Shown in pieces: positions 12,267-25,794 of a stretch of 58,004 nucleotides of DNA (its first letter is position 1; each line of letters begins with the position of its first letter). A program made the translations under genes and the position numbers. The notes under the pieces were generated by a model that saw only the letters and a list, made by a program, of their open reading frames with translations, had not been told where the DNA came from and ran no database searches. The stretch lies in assembly GCF_001194135.2 (NCBI RefSeq), contig NC_068993.1:11480497-11538500 (forward strand). The letters run 5' to 3'. Source of the DNA: Octopus bimaculoides (taxonomy: Eukaryota).

Positions 12267-13235
12267 NNNNNNNNNNNNNNNNNNNNNNNNNNNNNNNNNN
12301 NNNNNNNNNNNNNNNNNNNNNNNNNNNNNNNNNNNNNNNNNNNNNNNNNNNNNNNNNNNNNNNNNNNNNNNNNNNNNNNNNNNNNNNNNNNNNNNNNNNN
12401 NNNNNNNNNNNNNNNNNNNNNNNNNNNNNNNNNNNNNNNNNNNNNNNNNNNNNNNNNNNNNNNNNNNNNNNNNNNNNNNNNNNNNNNNNNNNNNNNNNNN
12501 NNNNNNNNNNNNNNNNNNNNNNNNNNNNNNNNNNNNNNNNNNNNNNNNNNNNNNNNNNNNNNNNNNNNNNNNNNNNNNNNNNNNNNNNNNNNNNNNNNNN
12601 NNNNNNNNNNNNNNNNNNNNNNNNNNNNNNNNNNNNNNNNNNNNNNNNNNNNNNNNNNNNNNNNNNNNNNNNNNNNNNNNNNNNNNNNNNNNNNNNNNNN
12701 NNNNNNNNNNNNNNNNNNNNNNNNNNNNNNNNNNNNNNNNNNNNNNNNNNNNNNNNNNNNNNNNNNNNNNNNNNNNNNNNNNNNNNNNNNNNNNNNNNNN
12801 NNNNNNNNNNNNNNNNNNNNNNNNNNNNNNNNNNNNNNNNNNNNNNNNNNNNNNNNNNNNNNNNNNNNNNNNNNNNNNNNNNNNNNNNNNNNNNNNNNNN
12901 NNNNNNNNNNNNNNNNNNNNNNNNNNNNNNNNNNNNNNNNNNNNNNNNNNNNNNNNNNNNNNNNNNNNNNNNNNNNNNNNNNNNNNNNNNNNNNNNNNNN
13001 NNNNNNNNNNNNNNNNNNNNNNNNNNNNNNNNNNNNNNNNNNNNNNNNNNNNNNNNNNNNNNNNNNNNNNNNNNNNNNNNNNNNNNNNNNNNNNNNNNNN
13101 NNNNNNNNNNNNNNNNNNNNNNNNNNNNNNNNNNNNNNNNNNNNNNNNNNNNNNNNNNNNNNNNNNNNNNNNNNNNNNNNNNNNNNNNNNNNNNNNNNNN
13201 NNNTATATATATATATATATATATATATGTATAGG

Positions 13236-13276
13236 CTGATGAAGGCTGGAGGGTATATCAGCCGAAACGTTGTGTT
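13236..13276 (+). ncRNA. Minimal hammerhead-ribozyme-like motif of Penelope-like element type
   Basis: CTGATGA (13236-42), extra A, stem II GGCTG/CAGCC (13244-48 / 13259-63), then GAAAC-GTT with a palindromic ACGT in place of a looped stem III. The 5' strand of stem I is absent here (a microsatellite and gap lie immediately upstream). Confidence 0.6.
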
Positions 13277-13890
13277 AACAACAAACAAGATGAGGACAAA
13301 TAGCTGTCAAAAGTAAATAATGTAAATGATGTAGATAATGTAAGCGTTGTTGTTAATAACACTAAGAATGCAGCCAAAGCTAAAAAGGTAATAAAAATAC
13401 TAAGTAATGAAAGTTAGGATGGAAAGTGAAGTCTCATTCTTTCGGTAAGTAGCTTATAAAAGCTATAAGTTGTTAGTTATCTAATTAACTGAATATTGAA
13501 ATATGGAAGTAAAATCCTAGATAAAATATAAACAGTAAGGTTAAATGTGGGGGTCAGGATGGGGAAAAAAATAAGGAAAGTGTACAAGAAATAATTAAGT
13601 GGAGAAATTTAAAGAAGATTTGGGAAATACATAGGAATTTAATAAACGTTGCAAAATTGTGTTCTAAATTTCTGCGTGCGTCTGATAGAAAAGGAAGCGA
13701 ACGATTTGGCAAATCTCACAAAAATAACATAAAGTATAAAATCTGCTCGAATATTCGAGAGACGGAAAAAAAGTTACTGACTAATTTTATCAATAAAACA
13801 ATTTGAAAATAAAACTAATTTATTTGAAGATATATGTAGGAAAATATATATAGGAAAATATTTGTATAGATAAATAGGAGCAGAATAATA

Positions 13891-13971
<81 letters not shown>
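13891..13971. repeat. (TATC)n microsatellite
   Basis: Direct reading. Similar arrays at ~29622-29710 and 31141-31260. Confidence 0.95.
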
Positions 13972-13972
<1 letters not shown>

Positions 13973-15800
13973 AGTACACTCTACTCAGCATGAAACGACT
14001 GTGGGGAAAGTAATTGATGGAAAGAGATGTGAAAAGATCCACAGTGAAATAAAGAGCTAACTGCTTAAGAATAAGTGAACCTATTAAACCTTAGGCTTTA
14101 CATTAATGTCGAAGTTTCACTGCAGTTTTATAATAAAGTGCAACATATTATTGGGATAAGTTTAGCAAGCAAAAATATAAGAGAACAACAATAACATTGA
14201 GGAAATATTGTAATATAGAAATTACACCATATTCAACACAATAAATAAGTTGATTCTGTGTCAACAGAAAGAGTAGAACTAATATTATAAAGACAAAATA
14301 TAGTAACTATAATGTAGTAATTGATATTCTATTATGTACGTGATTAGAATGGCAGTAGTATAGTACACTCTACTCATAGTATGAAATATTTGTGTTATTT
14401 TCATTATAATAATTGTTGCATAATCTCATATTGCTTTTATAATCCTTAGCTATAATATTTTGATGAACTAGAGGATATATTTAATATTCAACTCCTTTGC
14501 TTCCAAAATAATTTTGGTGTGTTTAATTTCAGTTTTCCTCTTCGGGTTTCTGAGTATGTGGGTATGAGAATTATAGCGTAATTTGAATTGTGTTAAATAT
14601 GGAAATATATTTGGGGTACATTAACTTTACTTTGTAAGCTACGAGAAGCCACGGAAAAGATCCTGGCTTTCGCTAAAAGAAAATACAGGCGGATCAGTAT
14701 ATGATGATTATATTCAACATATTCACCTTCTATATGTACACACTTATTGTAGTGGTCCTTCTCTTTTCTAAGCCCTGTAAAAGAACTCGAGAGGTTGGGC
14801 CTTCAACTAGACCTTTCGGGATATTCTTAAGGCCAGGAATATAAGCTTTTACGATTTAAAATGCAATTACTTGGCTTTAAAATGTCTTACTTGTTATTAA
14901 TATTGCCATTACGATTGTGTATCTGTATTAGGTGTCATAGGTGTATACTTTATATTCTTCTGATAAAAACGTCTATAATGTCTCTGCTGTCGGTGGAATC
15001 GTTTGCATGCAAGTGGAAGAATGTTCTAGATTGCTATACATGGATGTGGATTATACTATACCCTAATAACCCATATCCATTTCTGATGCTGATGATGTGG
15101 CTGCTAGGTTCAATGTAGAATATTTTTTCTTTAATTACAATTTTAATTATTTATTCATTGTAGCATGTTGCAAGCTCATTTAAAATTTCCAGTCGAGGAG
15201 GGATCTTTGAGATTTGAAGTAAAATATTTCTTAACTAAATAATTGATAATATTCTGCGTTGGTCGGTTAGTGCTTGTATGTTGTCTATCGATTCCGTAAA
15301 TTTCCTTGATGGTTGAAAAATTACTGCAGAGAGATTTATGATTACAAAGAGAGAGTTATCTTTATTAAGTCTCCATTCACAAGGGATCACTTGTCGGAAA
15401 TTCATGTAAAAATTCATGTAAAAATCTATCACTTCATTATGGATTAGAATTATACCATACCTGTAGACAATCATCTGAATAAGATCATCAATGTGTGTAT
15501 GGACATTCGGTTTCAATATAATAGAGTACGAAAAGGCATTCGAGATGACTATTTTGTGTGGATTCATTCGTTGACATGCTGCCCATAAACAAGGGTATAA
15601 ATGATTTTGGAAGCCCATTATCGATCGTGGTTCCGTTGAAACTTTCCCTTGCTGTGAATAATAATGCCATTGTTGGAATCCTTGAGATTGTTAATGGATT
15701 TAGGGAAGCTGATAGCACAATGAATAGAATGCAAAAATATAGTATTGTTAAAGGAGCTACTTTAAAAGCTGTTAACAATGTCTTTTGTATTTAACCACAA
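13970..15800 (-). mobile_element. Decayed Penelope-like retroelement (RT plus GIY-YIG endonuclease remnants, pLTR-like direct repeat)
   Basis: Minus strand gives an RT-like ...SYSDDCLQVW... (degenerate YxDD) near 15470-15500 and an endonuclease-like LTQFKLRYNSHTHILRNPKRKTEIKHTKIILEAKELNIKYIL near 14480-14600. The 18-bp direct repeat tatagtacactctactca occurs at 13970 and 14359. Many stops. Confidence 0.55.
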
Positions 15801-17513
15801 AGATAAGAGGAGATATTCATAACTTTAAGGTGTATTTCATCAGGAATTTGCTGATATTCTCGATATTAATTTTAATGGGTTTGCTTAATCTGATGGTTAT
15901 ATTTTGTTCATAATTAATTACAGTCTTTCATTAAAAACTAGGTGTTCGTGATTCAATCCTGTCGTGAATAATTGAACTTTTCTCCAATGAGTTGACTTTT
16001 AATTACAACATGCTTATTTTTATTACCAGCATAAGCTGAATTTTATCATTACAATGTTTATTTTTTTTTTATTTTCTAGCCTTTCGATCCAACTTTACAT
16101 GATATTCCAGCTTCCCATCAGCTCATTACTCAAAAAATGTTTCCTATTTCCTTCACTTTTTGTTCAGTTTGTATATTCCTACATTTGTCGTGAAATTGAC
16201 TTTATTTTCTAATTTCTGTGTTTGTAAGAAATGTAAAATTTTCGTTAGTGCAATACTTTATTATTGAACACTTCAAATTATTTCAAGCGTAACCTTTTGT
16301 AGGTATTAACCATATCTCAAACTCTTTCTAAGCAATAGTTTAATCTACATTGAAATATTTTCAGATAAACACTCAGTCATCTACTAACATGTCCGCCATT
16401 AATACTATTACACGCCTCCTAATTTACTTTGTCATCCATTATTTTAGACAGCTAAATAATGCAATGAATCTATCACTTATATTCATATTATTTTTAGTTA
16501 TATGTCACATCCTAAATGACCCTATTATTTTTATTGCATTGCATCATTGTCTGCTTCACATTTAGTCTCTTGTTAAACGTTTAACTATTTTCCATGCACG
16601 CCATTTTGAAGGCGCTTAAGCCTTACACACAATTTCTGTTTTCTTCCAAACATACATATATACACAATCGTATAACACTGCCCCAAACGTATTGTTACTT
16701 CTTAATTATTCTCTAAGGGATTAATAATCACACATGAATACAACAAGGGAGCTACATCACATTTTAATAATCACTTTTTTATCAGCTTAATGTTGTTTCT
16801 ATATCTAATAAACTACCTCACTAACACACATATAAATCAACTCACGGACTCACACACTCATCTCTTCCTTTCTCACCCTCTCCCAATTTATCATTGTATC
16901 CCTTTTTCATATGCCTATCTGCAACTATTAACTGTCTTTGTCACAAGAAGTATACGCCAATATAATTCACGATAATCGAATGGCATCGAAATATAAATCG
17001 ATCAATGGGCAATGGAATTACTCCGATTCCATTTCTTATATTGCATTTTCAGTCTACACAAGAGTAAATGAAGTTATTTTCTTTACATTCTGACAAATAG
17101 CGAAATGTCAGGCGATTATGACATGTAATGAGAGCCAAGTAAACAAAATGGCGATCTCACCACGATATATATTATATGCGACCATCACAAATGATTGCAT
17201 ATAATGATCAAACCAACTGATACATCACTGTCAGTTTCTATTGACAAATTCACACAGGCACACAACCACCAATGCACACACACTCATACACACACACTCA
17301 TACATACACACACACACATACACACACATATTAGCGCTTACATACACAAACACAGATACACTCACAGAACAACTTTCCTCCAAACACATTCGACAAAATA
17401 TATATACAAATATACATGCATGCATACATACAAACATACATATATATACATACGTGGAAACATACATACATATATACGTACATGCATATATATGCATATA
17501 TATACATATACAT

Positions 17514-17548
<35 letters not shown>

Positions 17549-17782
17549 CATGCATACATATAAATATAATGNNNNNNNNNNNNNNNNNNNNNNNNNNNNN
17601 NNNNNNNNNNNNNNNNNNNNNNNNNNNNNNNNNNNNNNNNNNNNNNNNNNNNNNNNNNNNNNNNNNNNNNNNNNNNNNNNNNNNNNNNNNNNNNNNNNNN
17701 NNNNNNNNNNNNNNNNNNNNNNNNNNNNNNNNNNNNNNNNNNNNNNNNNNNNNNNNNNNNNNNNNNNNNNNNNNNNNNNNNN

Positions 17783-17839
<57 letters not shown>

Positions 17840-17966
17840 AAGTATATCTACGTAATACGCATATATTTAGATTTAGGCATTTCTACGAACGGACGAACAT
17901 GTGATAAGTATATATACATAGGCATACATAAATACATACACACACATATGTATGTATTTACAGACA

Positions 17967-18003
<37 letters not shown>

Positions 18004-18476
18004 ATACATATATATACTTATATATACTTATATATATATATATAGAGAGAGAGAGAGATTGTTAAATATCTATTTATATATATTGTGTGTGTGTATGCGC
18101 TGGGTGTATTGGAATATGTTTCTATGCACGTATTCCTATTTGCTGTTAGTGGTTGACTCCGTGTACATAAATGTCATGTCATCGATTCAGTCAGAATAAT
18201 TTCACTCGTTTCTTCAAGTACAGATATCAGGCTACGTAGCGTACGTCCATAAAATTATGTGAGCAACATACATACATACATACATACATTACATACATGC
18301 ATGCATGTATACATACCTACATCTACACACTTATATACAAACACATACGAATATACATGTATAAACACATGTGTTATATATGTAATTATATTCGTGAGTA
18401 TGTGTTTGATTCTGTGTGTTTTGAAATGTCTATGTGTACATGCGATATTGTGTGCATAGTTGTTCTATTTACTGAC

Positions 18477-18582
18477 CTTTCATTAATAGTATATTGCCGA
18501 CAGTAAATTCCACTTGACACTAGGAACAATTTTCTACCTGAAGGTGTCATTGTTTTCAGCTTGCTCATGCATCGTATTAAAC
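18477..18582 (-). CDS. Candidate internal exon (unidentified protein)
   Basis: ccaatcttatgttcatatcAG|GT TTA...GAA AG|GTcagt; 106 nt, phase 1 to 2, open as (G)LIRCMSKLKTMTPSGRKLFLVSSGIYCRQYTINE. Confidence 0.4.
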
Positions 18583-18631
18583 CTGATATGAACATAAGAT
18601 TGGATGGAATCTTCTTAATTGGTGTTGTATG

Positions 18632-18663
<32 letters not shown>

Positions 18664-19249
18664 AACTACATATTTCTCTAGCTATATCTTTTACATTAAC
18701 TCGTTCCATTCGCTAAACTGCGGCCCTACTTGCTCACACACNNNNNNNNNNGAGAGAGAGAGAGAGAGAGAGAGAGGGAGAATATATAAGCAGATTTAGC
18801 GGTCATAATAACCAACTAAGGGATAACATATCCGTATATACAATCGGAATCCGTTGTCCATGTTATCTCTGGTCATGGTTATGCAGGCTCACAGGTAACG
18901 ACTGAATGAACAAATGTTTATCAGGAAACAGATATAAATAATAAAAAAATTGGAGAAAACCTCAGATCAAGAAACACATCAATTGGACCACATTTATAGC
19001 TTATTATGTAATGCAAAACATAACATAACATTTATGTGACATAATAAATCTTACGCCCGTTACTGCATCTGATGCTAATCAATGTCTACAAATAATACCG
19101 AAAATAAAATTCTTCATCTTCATAGGACATTCCAAGCAGGGCACGGAGTTTCATCAGAGTAAAACAAAACCATCCAAAATAAATAAAACGAAGAAGGAAT
19201 AGGAAAGAAAACATGGCCTAAAAAAGAAGTCTAGAAGCCCAAAATATTA

Positions 19250-19620
19250 AAAACATATAATCTACCATCACAAGTCCGTAGGTAAGAGCGTGAGCTAGTA
19301 CTGGTCTAGGGAGTAGAACATTTTTTTACGGGTAATTTCAATACAAAGGGGGAACTAAGATGTTTTAAAAGAAATTATCAAAAAATAATAATTCAAGGAA
19401 ACTTACTAACATGAATTTTGAAGGGCATTACCTACACTAACGAAAAACCTCTAGTTAAAATGTATCCAAAACATTACCGTGGGGTTCTTAAAATAGTGTA
19501 CTCACAGACATATTACAGAGAACCCCCACCTTTTGTACGTAGTGCGACAGGTCTATGTCCAGCGAGCTCCAGAATTGGTCAATTATATTTGAACGGAAAG
19601 TATTAAAACCGTTCCAATGG
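19250..19620 (+). mobile_element. Possible very old Penelope-like RT N-terminal remnant
   Basis: Weak resemblance of HYRGVLKIVYSQTYYRE to the PLE motif DKGgaiVimdk.YY. Heavily degraded. Confidence 0.2.
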
Positions 19621-20149
19621 ATATGTAAATGAAGATAAAAATAAGGAAGAAAATAAATAACGGATACGGGGGAGAAGACAATGATATAAATGGCCCAGGA
19701 CCGCTTATTTCCTTCTGCAGCTTATCAATATAACATATATGAGAAAAACGGTCAAATGAGCACTAGACTCTAGATTTATAGTGAAGGGGAGGCAACTAGT
19801 ACAGACATTACAGAAGATCTATATTAAAAAAAAACTGCTAACAAATTTTGGATTTATCATCATATTTAGGAAATTGTGGTAATAATTAGATGTATAGAGG
19901 TACCTAGGAAAATTCTATCGTATAGATACACTACAATGCCTAATCATAATATTTAAGTGGTTAATATTTAAGACCAAATCACATTTTAGTTGTTATGAAT
20001 ATTATTCTCAAGTTCAAACAGTATGCGAAATATGCTTAATAAGCATTACATTATCATTTAAGTTAAATAGTTCCTATCATTAAATATAAGAATTCAAAAT
20101 ATTATATTGACCCTAATTCGGGTGCATTTACACTAGGTCCACTAGTACT

Positions 20150-20500
20150 AATTTGTTAGTGGACCACAGAGCTGTGTCAGACAACTTCTATCTGGTCGAA
20201 AATCATGCTGGGTGGCAGTCAGCAAGTCATTCTCTTCAAGGAATGCAATTAATATCCTTGGGACTATTTGTTCCATGACTTTGCCAATGCATGAGGTCAG
20301 TGAGTGAGGCCTATGGGTGTTAGCATCTTCTCTGCACCCTCCTTCATGGATAAGGTATATTATTCCCTCCTTTAGTTTGTTTGGGAGCTTACATGACTTC
20401 AGGAGTGTTGCTGGGAATCCATCAGGGCTAGCAGCTGAGTTTGTGTCAATATAATCTATTGCTAGCATTACATCCTTTTCTTTGATGTTCATGCAATAAA
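20150..20500 (-). mobile_element. Non-LTR (LINE) retrotransposon reverse-transcriptase fragment
   Basis: ...IDTNSAASPDGFPATLLKSCK/LPNKLKEGIIYLIHEGGCREDANTHRPHSLTSCIGKVMEQIV...FLEENDLLTATQHDFRPDRSCLTQL matches the conserved LINE RT N-terminal motifs GPDG, NYRPISLTS..KVMERI and QHGFRPGRSCLTQL, with an internal deletion. Confidence 0.92.
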
Positions 20501-22289
20501 TTCTTACTGCCTCCAGCTCAGCTTCTATAGCAATAAAGAATATACTCATCCCTTTTTATTTCTAGGAGAAATCGCTTTACTTGAAGGTACGTTTGAGATT
20601 CTTCTTTCAATTCCTTATCATCCGGCTATAGAGTTCAGAATTCTGGAAAAGTGAGTCAGTAAAAAAATCCTCAACTTTTCTTGAAGGTCTTGTTGTCAGT
20701 ATTAACCTATTCAAGAGAAAACGGCAAACGTAAATGATGTGGTATACCCTCCTTCCCAATAGGCATACATAAAAAAACTTGTGTGGGAAAGATATTCTTT
20801 AGCTTAGTCGATAAACATTTTCTCCGTATGAATAGTATCATTAAACGTGTTTATAAGTATACCTTAAGAGTTTCCATTAGCTATGCACCTAATGTAAAGA
20901 AGATATTACTAGTTTGGACAAAACCCGAGACAGAGGTATGATGCTTTTGTAGAAGTAATACTACAGGTATTCTTAAAGGACAGTGTAACACGGAATTAAT
21001 AACAAACCACAACGAAACGAAAGACAGAACTACTAATGTCCAGTATAAAGTATAATATGGACTTTATACCTGTACATTATAAAACTGCTGACGCCGCTGT
21101 TAGTTTGATCATGCATGTACAACATTCGCTCTTAGTTTCAACATGCATTTAAAACAAGGAACGTTCGTATCATCGCATACCATATACTGCAAAACGGAGG
21201 TAATTAGAAAAATACTTGTGACTTATGTTGTGTTTGGGTGGAGTCATATTGTCTTAAGGCCTTATTATCTAACACACAAACACACACCTGTTCAATTTCC
21301 ACACATTTGTTATTTATAGTTTTCGTTGCTTTTGCAACTTTAGTTATACCCTATACATTCGTCGGAGATATAGACAATTAATCATGGGAACGATACTCAT
21401 GTGGGAACAAATACCAATATAGAATATTGGTAGGCAACATACACATAAAAGAAAAACCTAAAGGCATCGCTGTTGTAGGGGGCCTATCGGTCAGAAATCT
21501 AGGCAACGGTATCTGCATTAACTTGTCAACAATAAAACAAATTCACACGTTACTACAGATGTATTAGCCTCATATGAACAATATTTGACGGTAAATTTTA
21601 CAAAAATCCTTCCAAAATCTAAGAAGGAATACAGAATTTAAAATGAAAATAAGTCTGTGAATGTATCGAAACGTTGAGTATGGATTTAGGAAATTTAGTC
21701 TTCCAGGCTTCCAAACAAAATGCAAAGCACTAATAGGAAACTATGAAAAAACTGTAATACCAAAAGCAAAAAAACTTGAATATTCTGGTTTTTAAGGAAA
21801 CGCACATATGCATGTAGATTTATGTACAATGGCAATGTTGGAGAACACACACACACACACACACACGTATATATTTATTTATATCCATAGATGCAAACAA
21901 AGGAATCATAAACATGGAACTCATTCTCTACCTCTTCGAAATTTGAGAATTATGTCTATTTGTTTCACTCAATATTTTTCCAAACCATGTTCGATAATTC
22001 ATTGGAATTTTTCTGTAGTCAAGCTATTCAAACATTCCAGACGACTGGAAATGTTATTTACAAAGCATGATTTAATGGATCGACCGTTATTAATCCAAAA
22101 GGGATTAAAGGATAATAATTTAATATTATGATTTTTTTTTTTTTTTAGAAAAAAGAATGTAATTTAAAATGTCAACCAAGATAGAAAAAAATTACTTTAA
22201 TTTTGAAAACAGAAAGAATGTCACTGGTTGTAGACTTCGCACGGGTTGCAGACGTCGGTATGCGGTAATAATAACACTTTCCAAACACA

Positions 22290-22385
22290 TGGCTCCAGGA
22301 TCAGTTCCACTGAGTGACAGCCTGTGTTCTACTATAGCTCCGGGCCAACAAAAGGCTTGTGAGACTAATATGGAGACGGAAAGTG
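22290..22385 (+). mobile_element. SINE fragment (same family as 8845-8998)
   Basis: cacatggctccaggatcagttccactgagtgacagc..tgttctactatagctccgggccaacaaaaggcttgtgag...ggagacggaaa. Confidence 0.7.
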
Positions 22386-22417
22386 AAAGAGGTGTCATAT
22401 TTATATATATAAATATA

Positions 22418-23060
22418 CTGGGTGGGCAACTAAGTTCCCGCCGTTTTCTTTTTTTAAGTTTGGAATTTATTGCGTTTTTAAATTTTGGAATGCAATTTTT
22501 TTTTCGTGAATTCTATTTTTGAATCATTTTGGAATCTAATTTGTTTTTTATTCGAGGAAACAAAAAAGAAGAAAAAAAGTCGCAGTCCAAGATTAGGTCA
22601 ATTTAGGTTGTGAGTACGCCTGTTACCTCATTCTCTCATGACTTCCGGGAGCAAACGAGGCACAAACTTTGCTACAACTCTATTTATTCGCAATTCTTCG
22701 CACAAAACTCATTTGCAGGCGATCCTGGACACACCAGTCATGTCAACAAGTTCCTCAATTGTTCGGCGACGCTCCTCCGAGATCACTTCATGCATTTTCG
22801 TGATGTTTTCGTTCGGTCGGGGAATCGATGGTCACCCTGAACGAGGGTTGGTCTTCAAGCGACAGATGACCGTTCCTAAAGCATGGAAACCACTCATAAA
22901 CGTGTGCTTTGCTCATAAGAGTGTCCTTCTAACCGGTTTTAATCATGACAACTCTTTCGACCGCCGTTTTCCCCAGTAGAAAACGGAATTTCCCGAAAGC
23001 ATATTCTTCCTTCCTTTCAGCAAACGCAACAATCGGCGAACAGGGAAGAAGAACTGCGAA
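22418..23060 (-). mobile_element. Tc1/mariner relic (N-terminal HTH half of transposase plus one TIR-like end)
   Basis: Minus strand: KFRFLLGKTAVERVVMIKTG*KDTLMSKAHVYEWFPCFRNGHLSLEDQP/RSG*PSIPRPNENITKMHEVISEERRRTIEELVDMTGVSRIACK*VLCEELRINRVVAKFVPRLL, a classic mariner N-terminus. TA|ctgggtgggcaactaagttcccg at 22416-22440 resembles a mariner TIR. Confidence 0.88.
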
Positions 23061-23169
23061 ACAAAGATGGATGAAACTTGAGAATAATATGGATGCACCC
23101 CGTGTTAGTACGACTCCACAAGGCGAAACTGGTCGGCAAATTGCTGCTTGAAGATTGCATCAAATGACT

Positions 23170-23520
23170 CCTAGCGGCAGAAGTCTGAACTACAATGGGC
23201 TTGAACCATAGAGAACGTCTCCGATTACTTTTGGGTACCTCCTCGTAAAGCAAGCGCAAGTGAGTTGCAATCGGATTTCTCTTTGTATTGACTGAATCTA
23301 CCTGCGAAATTATATACATGCATAATTCTGTCTTTCTTGTAGTTCTCAACCTGATGGATGGGTTTGCTCTAAAGGCCAGAACTCCAATCTTTTCACAAAG
23401 TACGAACATATTTTTGGAAAATATAAGTATGTTTATCCGTTTATTGGTGTAATCCCAACATTTGTCTCTCCTTTTTTTTTTCTCCGGCAATCCAACGTTA
23501 CTAAATATTATGGATAATGC
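23170..23520 (-). mobile_element. Probable Penelope-like RT fragment
   Basis: LRLLYEEVPKSNRRRSLWFKPIVVQTS resembles the RT motif (A/P)rLYGLPKiHK...lRPIV. Confidence 0.4.
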
Positions 23521-23637
23521 CACTCATATATTCATATAAAAGTTAGCATCTCTATATACGAAGTCAAAAATCTTTATCATGTGAACTTTGCTTCCCACAC
23601 AGAAATATAACTTCTATTCAGGATATATATATATATA

Positions 23638-23711
<74 letters not shown>

Positions 23712-24602
23712 AAACACATGTATAGGTGTGCACATGCATGTGATTACATACATACACCAATCGGCAGAAATAGGCACACATACACAGTGTTACGTGAACA
23801 ACTATATGTAAGCCCCAGTATTCACCTACGCTCACAATCGAGTGCCGTTCTTTCTCTACTCTCAATTGCATAACATTTCCTTCTTCTTCTGCTGATTTGT
23901 TCTGTCAATTATATTTGCTTAATGGAGGAGAAAACGTATAAGCTGTATACCATACTTTTCCATAGGTTTGCTAATATTGGTGTGAAATTCAAAGTAAATA
24001 CTTCCAACTACGTTATTATTATCATCGATGTTTGCGTATTACTGACATATTGTTAAGCAGAATGTCAACGAGTTCGCATTCATGTCCTATGCACAAGCAA
24101 AATACTAATATTTTAATTGTGTATACGTACGGTTAAATTCTGAATCTGAGAAATCTAATTATGGTCTGCTTCAGCAAGAATTCGTACATAGAAAGCTTGT
24201 TCTCTCCTCTCATTCACCATATCAACAATAATGAATTTTATGAGCGTCTTTCCCTAACAATGTTTAACTAGCTGCAAGTGTAGAGATAGTAGAGATTATT
24301 GGAAGAAGAGAGACTGATATATCTGTTATGCTTTTGTGTTGTAGGTAGGAGACAAAACGTACGAATTTAGAGACACAATGAAGTTTGTATAGGCATTAGG
24401 TGATATACATGAATGAAAAGGAAATTGGTGATCTTCTGGTTGCAGTGAATTTGTAATCTTCGATTTTTACCCGTTCTAGTCATTGGACTGCAGCCACTCT
24501 GGGACTCGGTGTTACAGTGTTTCTTTCAACAAATTCAAGTGTTCAAGCTCGGTATATATATTAGTTCCTCTTACCGAATAGCGACACATGCAACTACACA
24601 TA

Positions 24603-24633
<31 letters not shown>

Positions 24634-25794
24634 GAATATATGCATATATACATACATATATGTACATACCTACATATAATTGTATATATACATGCATATA
24701 TGGGTACAGGACATAAAAAAAAAAACGTTAAACACAATGAGAAATGAAAGCATAGAAAACGAGCTTTTTTCGAACAGCGAAAAAAACAAACAGAGAAACG
24801 AGGCATGCAACATAAAGAATATACCCCTTCTTCAGATGACCCTGTTTCATCTACTCCGCGTTTCGAAGGTAAGGACAATACGCGACTTCGTTGAAACATA
24901 CGTGTATTTATTTATTTCAGAACAAGTTGTTGGTAGCAAAGTAACCATGTTAACCTCGCGATCATAACTGCCCGTAGACTATTATATGAGTCTCAACTTC
25001 ACAAATCTCTGTAACACATTTTACTGAAGCACGTGGATTAGTGTGTCTAAACTCTAAAAGGAGGCGTAACTAGCATTACCGTTGAGCAATCGTTGAAACA
25101 ACTAAACATAAGCGACAAACTTCAACGTCCTCCCGACGCATTTGAACCCTTGTCTTCTTGATGGAAACCGAATTTGTTTAGGAGTATAGGTGAATGAAAT
25201 AGCAGTCTCTCACGCAAAGTTTTGCCTTCCTATCGTATGTCTGACGCTAATCAAGAACACAAATGGTATTGAACCTCATTGTTTTTGAATATAAATATAA
25301 ATATATATCAGCGATATATAAGAGATGAAGTTTATGAGTTGTGAATCGAACATGATTAGCTGAGTCAGTTTTATAACATCCTGCTAATGATTGTACATCA
25401 TTTATACAGAAGAAATGTATATTCGGTTTAAATAGTTTCTAGTGTTACACATTAGCAAGTGCTTGTAGTCATACGATAGGAGGAGGTCGATACTGTTTAG
25501 ATTTAGTTTAGAACCAGGAGAAACAAACCCAATGAGAAACAGTCATGTGAAGAGGTATTTTCCTTTCTATGGCGTCTCCATATCATTAGCAGATAAAATA
25601 TTATTAATGAATATGGAAGGAAGAGGTCAATAAAATAAATATCAAGCATGTAATGTTATCTGTTTAACAATTATATCATTCCTGACTAATTTGTGGCAAA
25701 ATAGGAATCTGTTATTATTATTATTATTGGTTTGGCTCGAGTTTGCTCTTATTCCTGGTAGGATTTATGTGAGTAGCGGGTTACTACCTATAAC

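Noticed and set aside
18490-18570. Resemblance of KLKTMTPSGRKLFLVSSGIYCRQY to 5'-nucleotidase-domain (NT5DC) proteins
   Set aside because: Only a few residues match and no other NT5DC motif is found in neighbouring exons.
21060-21190. Minus AG/GT-bounded segment YMVCDDTNVPCFKCMLKLRANVVHA*
   Set aside because: Two in-frame stops before the donor.
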